DNA of 63,926 bases, counting the filler, from Olpidium bornovanus S191 (taxonomy: Eukaryota > Fungi > Olpidiomycota): the NCBI GenBank assembly GCA_017911155.1. It is 28 parts of 28 records of this genome, joined end to end, with 100 filler letters (N's around TTAATTAATTAA, not from the genome) between each part and the next. Parts side by side here need not be neighbours in the genome. Positions count along the whole stretch, not along the records: positions 55,409 to 57,988 come from JAEFCI010008530.1; positions 58,089 to 59,325 come from JAEFCI010002027.1; positions 59,426 to 61,071 come from JAEFCI010001244.1; positions 61,172 to 62,416 come from JAEFCI010010534.1; positions 62,517 to 63,926 come from JAEFCI010002583.1; 23 more parts are not named here. One strand, written 5' to 3'. Each line of letters begins with the position of its first letter. The stretch's first letter is position 1. The notes under the pieces were generated by a model. That model worked only from the letters and a program-made list of their open reading frames with translations. It ran no database searches and was not told where the DNA came from. This document shows, in pieces, positions 57,147 through 63,926 of this stretch. The translations under genes were made by a program, and so were the position numbers.

Positions 57147-58088
57147 CCGGGCTGGTTGTCTCTGCCACTGTAGATAGATGACCTGGGCGAAAGCTGTACC
57201 CACGTTTGCAGCGATAATACCCCATAGAAATTGCCTTTGCCAGCAACCCTCGCACTCTTTTGGCGAAGAGCATCCGTTCGTTGCGAAGCATTCGGCTTAG
57301 CAGGACACGAATCGTCAGAAAGGTGGCATAGGCGCGCTCTTCCGCATCTCAGTTGGAAGGCGTTAACCATTGGACTCTTGCCGATGGTTAATGGGACGGA
57401 ACTACCCGGAACTACCCGTTCTGTTATGCTGTTTTTTCTCAGTAAGTAACCAGACGACGCTATCCGGAAGAAAACAACCGCGCATGGGCCCAACTACTTT
57501 GGTCTGGGTTTGCCTTGGAAAAGGGCCTGGATTGTGCGGCATTAATGGGAGCCTGCAGTAATTCGGCCGAATGTGAGTGCCGCGCCGAGGGCCGTCCGTA
57601 GTCGTCACCGAGTCACGCACGCGACGGGTTCACGCCCACGAGCTGTGCAGCGGAGGAAAGCTAACGGGCGCATGCATGTGGCGGCGCCGGAGGACGTAGT
57701 TTAGGCCGGCGCGCGTGTCAAGGAGGCTGTTTAGATGAAGCCAAGGCAAAACTCGCTGCTAATGTGGCTCAGCGCCGGGTTTCGGCACCTCGCAACTAAT
57801 GGAAAGAAGGTCTTGCACCATCGAGAAAGCATATACGGACTCGATTGTTTGCAGATCCGCGCCTTGCGCATGTACTCTCTTTCGATAGTTGCCGTAATCT
57901 CAAATTTCTCACAGCAACCAACCTATTTTTTTTTGTCCAGAGGAATGACATTCGTGACAAGCCACCATCGTCCTTGAGCAAAAGTTGGNNNNNNNNNNNN
58001 NNNNNNNNNNNNNNNNNNNNNNNNNNNNNNNNTTAATTAATTAANNNNNNNNNNNNNNNNNNNNNNNNNNNNNNNNNNNNNNNNNNNN

Positions 58089-58129
<41 letters not shown>

Positions 58130-59425
58130 TCCGCTTCTCTCCCGGCGGGACGTGCAAAAGATACCTTGTTTGTCAACGTGGTGGATAGGAGCACTCGGGC
58201 GTGGTTGGCGCCGGGTCGCGCGGGGTTCCGGGAATATATGTTTCGGAGTAGGTCCGGCGGCCGCTCGACGGAGGCGCGGGTTTCGCGGGTCGCGCGGAGG
58301 AACCGGGGGACTCTGCCTTTTGCCGGGGATTCGCACGGCGGAGTTTCCTGACAGTATGTGCTGTCCGTTGTCTGGCTGGGCGGGGTGTGTGTGGTGGGGT
58401 GACGGCTGCATACCCTGAATTGATTACAAAAAAACATGCAATCACTTCATGTGCAAAGGTCCCATCCATACCTCCCTGTGATCAGGAATTTGATGTACGT
58501 GACATGCTCAGCCCGATATTACTGTGGTCAATTTCCTGGCCAGGCACGACGCTCGTCCACCAAATCAGCATTGAACGGGTATCAAGCATGTTATGCGCTG
58601 TTTGCGGGGCACCAGAAATGTGGGCCCCTTCTGCTCACGGTCTGCAAACCGAATCGCTTTGCTCACCAAGCAGACACTGATCAGAATGTCACCCAACCTT
58701 GCAGATATGTCTTTGCTCACTGCATAACAGCGGGAAAAGCCATTGCCATATGCGCAAAATCCAGAAAGCTTTGAAGCCTCCCACCAACGTCACACTGATG
58801 CCATTATTTGACGGCAAATGGAGTCTGTGTATGGCACAGGACTTATGGCGGCCGCGACGCTCTTACGACGGCCGGTTGTGTGGCCGCCCAAAAAAATAAA
58901 CATGCGGAACCGCGGGACCGGCGACAAGCCGCTTGCTGCCCCACGCTGCGATGGTCAATGATGGTCACCGCGCCAATACCTCGGCCTCTATAACGACGGC
59001 TCCATCCCGCCGTTTTACCCCCTCCCCCCCCCGCCCGCCGCGTGGTTTGCTGGTGGCACGCACCAAACGCTGTGTGTTCTTTTGACCTTCGACAGCGGGT
59101 TTCCACAGGGGTGCACAAGCACACGCTGCTGAAGTTCTGGTACATTTCTGAGCAGATAGAGAATTAAGGATGCTTGCTGCGGCAGTCTTTTCGCTGAAGC
59201 TCTAGCAGTCACGGACGGCGAACGCCTGCGCAAAATGCGACGTCTTTGACTAACCTGCTGCGAAATACCTGGTGCGATGTGGCCGGCCTCAGGAGGAACA
59301 TCGGGGCACATTGTCCACAATCATGNNNNNNNNNNNNNNNNNNNNNNNNNNNNNNNNNNNNNNNNNNNNTTAATTAATTAANNNNNNNNNNNNNNNNNNN
59401 NNNNNNNNNNNNNNNNNNNNNNNNN

Positions 59426-60381
<956 letters not shown>

Positions 60382-60727
60382 GGTTGCCGGGTTTAGCCGC
60401 TATGGGCGGCTAACTTCTGTTCAGTGGTATTCCTGGCGGCGGGTAGGGCGGTGTTTTGCAATAAGCTGCCGTCCCGCGCGAGGAGGACGACCTGGTGGGT
60501 CGCGGCGAACGGTGGTAGTCTTCGCCGCGCCCACAAAGGAACGGCGACGGGCGCGCCGTCCTCCCGGCGAGAGGCGGAAGATGGGCGGGATGGAGAGCCG
60601 GCTGCCAGGCAGCCTGGATCTCCCGGGAGAGAACTTTTTTTTTTTTTTTTTGTGTTGTCTTTGCTTGGAGCGGGAGCGTGGTTTTACCACTGGAGAAGGT
60701 GGGATCACGTGACCGTACGCTTTTTAG

Positions 60728-61071
60728 GAGGAAGTCGTGGGGATTGGAGACATTGTCAAGAAGCACTCCGAGTTCAACTGGCTGCCCCATCAAACTGCTT
60801 TTCGAGAAGGAGGTGAAGAAGGAAACTTGCCGACGACGAGGACGCGAACGAAGGACGGGGAGAGGACGGGCCAATTAGATCAAAGTAATCCAGCACGCCG
60901 GAGACTTTCGGGGACGCACACCGGCCGGTCGTGCCCCGCAAACTGCTTCACATGGAGTAGCGTTGAGATTCACTTCCCCCGTGTGTGGGGGTTTCATTTG
61001 AAAGAACAATCCCATAACCAGCAAGCTGTTCTGGGTTGAACGAGGCATCACCCAGGTTGCTTTGACCAAAC
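60728..61071 (+). pseudogene. Hsp90 fragment, frameshifted
   Basis: DIVKKHSEF(fs)GCPIKLLFEKEVKKET(fs)ADDEDANE matches Hsp90 EIVKKHSEFI.YPI.L..EKEVEKEV.DDE. A weaker match follows (SKLFWVERGITQ against TKPLWTRNPSDITQ). Confidence 0.62.
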
Positions 61072-62023
61072 NNNNNNNNNNNNNNNNNNNNNNNNNNNNN
61101 NNNNNNNNNNNNNNNTTAATTAATTAANNNNNNNNNNNNNNNNNNNNNNNNNNNNNNNNNNNNNNNNNNNNCGCCGTATCCTGCCGACTTTGACCCTGGC
61201 GTCTTTTCTCTCGCAGCGTTCCTTGACGGCTCCGGGCTGTTGGTGCCAATGGCGTGCTTCGTTGGGGGGCGTGAACGATAATGAGTTCCATGGCGATTTC
61301 TATGGGGAAACGCTATTGTTGGCACCATATGTGAAGCATAAAAAAACCCAAATCAGGAATCACTTTTGTCTTCCTGTTCCTTCCCCTTCCCCCTTCCCCC
61401 CCCCCCCCCCCCCGCTCCCCCCACAGATTTTTTTTTTTTGTTTCCCGTCTCCTCGCCCGTTCTACGCCGCCATTCACCCCCTTCTAGAGAGGGCTGAGGG
61501 GTTGGGGATGGCCAAAATCACGAAGCCTGGAGGGGGGATGGGGCGTGTGTTTGATTGAAGGAGAGAGTGTGCGGTGAGAACTGCCCGCAGCTGAATTTAG
61601 CTGTCACGCGGCCGGTTCGGAAAATTTAGTACAGGCCGGCGCGGGGGTGCGTCGTGTGTCGCACAGACCCCAACCCCATAAAACCCAACGAAAGCCCGCA
61701 AACGCGAAACCGAACTCCGAGCCGGTACGGTGCTGGTACAATGGGCGCCCACGTTTTCACCCTCCCCCCCTTCCCAAATATATTTCAAACAGCGAAGGGA
61801 GAGGGGGAGAGGGGAGGTGGGGTGTCGGTGGGCCGCTTTGCCTTGAAAACCTGTGGTTCTATCTGCTTGTGCAAATCGAGAAATTGGGGAAGGGGGCTCC
61901 CCGGTCGGTGGTATCTGTCGGAAGGAACGTGAATTGTTTTCATTTTGTTTTCGCTTTTTTTTTTCCGCGAAACGCAGTAACTTTACGACCGCGGTGTTTT
62001 CATTGCGGGACGACGGGCGTCTT

Positions 62024-62416
62024 TTAGTCCCAGTCGTCATTGATAAACCTCCTGATCAGATCCCGCATCGCTTCCGGAGCACTGGGCGAGAGGGAAAACG
62101 GCCAAAAAAAAAAAAAATTCGCCGCTTGTCAAAACCTTATTTCCGAGTGCGCAAATTCTGAGATCGCTCTCTCTCTCTCTCCGACGTGTTCCCGAGCCGG
62201 AAAACAAAGGGACGACGGGGGAACAAAAACAACTAAATATAATAAGAATGCCAGCTTTAATAATAAAAAAGACGACTCACTTCCCGTCTGCCGACGTCAT
62301 GTGCCCGGCGCCGAGCACTTCGGCTCGGACGAGATTGCGGTGTTTCCGGTAGTACCCCGCCAGAGTCGACGGCGGCTGCCCTACCGCCTCCCTCAACCGC
62401 CAGATCTGCCTCGCCC
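62024..62416 (-). CDS. Serine carboxypeptidase (S10), last two exons
   Basis: LAGYYRKHRNLVRAEVLGAGHMTSADGNAPEAMRDLIRRFI* contains the catalytic-His AGHM motif. Exons 62281-62416 and 62024-62081. Confidence 0.85.
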
Positions 62417-63926
62417 NNNNNNNNNNNNNNNNNNNNNNNNNNNNNNNNNNNNNNNNNNNNTTAATTAATTAANNNNNNNNNNNNNNNNNNNNNNNNNNNN
62501 NNNNNNNNNNNNNNNNAACATGGGCCTGCACAGTTCATTTGTGGCCGATTTGGATAGCGGCCGTCGCTTTTTGCCCGGCCGACGCCTCTCGCCGCTGTCT
62601 TCCTACGCATTCCGTATAATGCTGTAATGTGTAATTTGACCTTCGCAGATTTTGCTTCACTGGCTTGTCCCGATCCCAACATAACTATGGACGGTGACCC
62701 CGCAGTTGGCTCCGGGTGCCCGAACGGCGGCGAATCACACGCCCAAAAAGATTATCGCGTGCTAGAATTGGGTTGCCCGCGTGCACGCCCAAACGTAATA
62801 CCATATGGACGCCAAAAAAACAAAACGCGACAGAACTTCGTACCCCCCCCCCCAAGTTGAGTGATGTGGAGTACATACGATGGTGGTTTTTTTTTTGGAA
62901 ACGGCGACCCTCCCGAAAATACTTCTGTGCCATATTGATGCCAAATGTCAGAGGACTACGTACCCGCATGTCGGTATGTGGAGTCCATTTGGGTGATCCG
63001 TTTTTGGAGTGTTCGCGGGAGCCCGATTCCAGCACTCTATATGGCCCTCGAGGCCGCCTATCAGCTCTTCAATCACATCATCTACCTTTTCGCCGGACCC
63101 CCATCTTCCCTCGCGTTTCGCGCCAGAAACGTCTCTCAAACCAGCTTTTGAAACATCCTGCCGCAGAAGAATCTAAGGCGCTGTTCGGTCATGTCGTCCT
63201 CGTGCACAGCTGCGCCGGCAAAACGAGTTTCTTCCGTACGTCGGGCGTTACTTTGTCAGTAGCCTTGAGATAGTCAGGTGACCGGACTCGGTGGAAAATT
63301 GCTTCCGCCGGTCTCTTTCGCGACGCGGACCTTTGTCAAAGCCCCCAAGGCCTCCCGCGATTTGTGGGTTTCGGCATTGGGACGATGCGGGGGGGGGCGC
63401 AGCGCGCCCGTCTCCGAACTGGTTGGCGACCTTCTCGACCTCAAGCCCTGGGGTCCGCTCTTTCAGGCAACCGGGCGGCCTCGCGGTGATGCTCCGAACC
63501 TTTGGTTGAGCTTGAGAAGCTCCTTTTTCGTCCCGGGCGCCGCGGCGGGCGGTGCTGTGGTCCTCCTCCGCCTTGTTTCGTTTGCAACGCAGTTCGTCCC
63601 CTCCGAAACGTGTGACCAGGGACTTCCTGAAAAGAATTCCTCTTTTTTTTTTCTCGTTTTCCTTTCGCCAACGCTCCGGTTCACTTTCCCCGGAACCCCT
63701 CTTCCCCGGCCCTTCCGTTCTTTTTCCTTTTTCTTTTCATCTTTTTTTTTTTTTGCTGGACCGTCCCGAGAACATTCTTGAGCGACCAAATTTTTTTTTG
63801 TTGCTCATGGAATTTTTTTGGCGTCGCTGCTGCAAAGCGCCGAAGGTTTTCGGACCGATTTTGCTCCTTTTTTGCGCCTTCTGTCGTTTTTTTGCTTTGG
63901 GGGTGATTTTTTGTGTGTGAATTTGT

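Noticed and set aside
57363-57391. 11-bp-stem hairpin TTAACCATTGG/CCGATGGTTAA downstream of RRP43
   Set aside because: It is short enough to arise by chance in 64 kb and has no supporting ncRNA motifs.
62517-63926. Exon-like fragments (LYMALEAAYQLFNHIIYLF and others), possibly VWA-like
   Set aside because: I could not assemble a frame-consistent model or see a MIDAS motif.

Overview
This window is not contiguous genome. It is 28 short contigs (about 1-10 kb) joined by 27 identical 100-bp artificial linkers (44 N + TTAATTAATTAA + 44 N), so adjacency across linkers means nothing. The DNA is GC-rich and eukaryotic, with GT-AG introns, many homopolymer runs and microsatellites. Gene content points to a flagellated (zoosporic) fungus: a class IV chitin synthase and a fungal-type fatty acid synthase beta chain occur with axonemal genes (DRC11/IQCA1, CFAP54, CFAP61). 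An Olpidium-like fragmented draft is a guess only. Other recognisable genes are YOP1 (complete, 7 exons), DPH4 (complete), eIF4B/TIF3, RRP43 (complete), CEF1/CDC5L, MUS81, an RCAN/calcipressin, a MED15-like KIX plus polyQ protein, a two-RRM protein, an S10 carboxypeptidase end and a RasGEF end. Much of the rest is decayed Ty1/copia and Ty3/gypsy sequence plus one Tc1/IS630-like transposase end. I found no clearly new multi-gene system, and the fragmentation makes one hard to see. The best leads are: (1) a retroelement combining a gypsy-type capsid with a copia-type primer site and protease; (2) a frameshifted bacterial-like class III nucleotide cyclase; (3) a tRNA-like fold framed by 14-bp inverted repeats; (4) a 38-bp-arm hairpin; (5) strong enrichment of CATG at contig ends; (6) an Hsp90 fragment in the CEF1 upstream region. 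All family assignments come from my recognition of motifs in manual translation, not from database searches.
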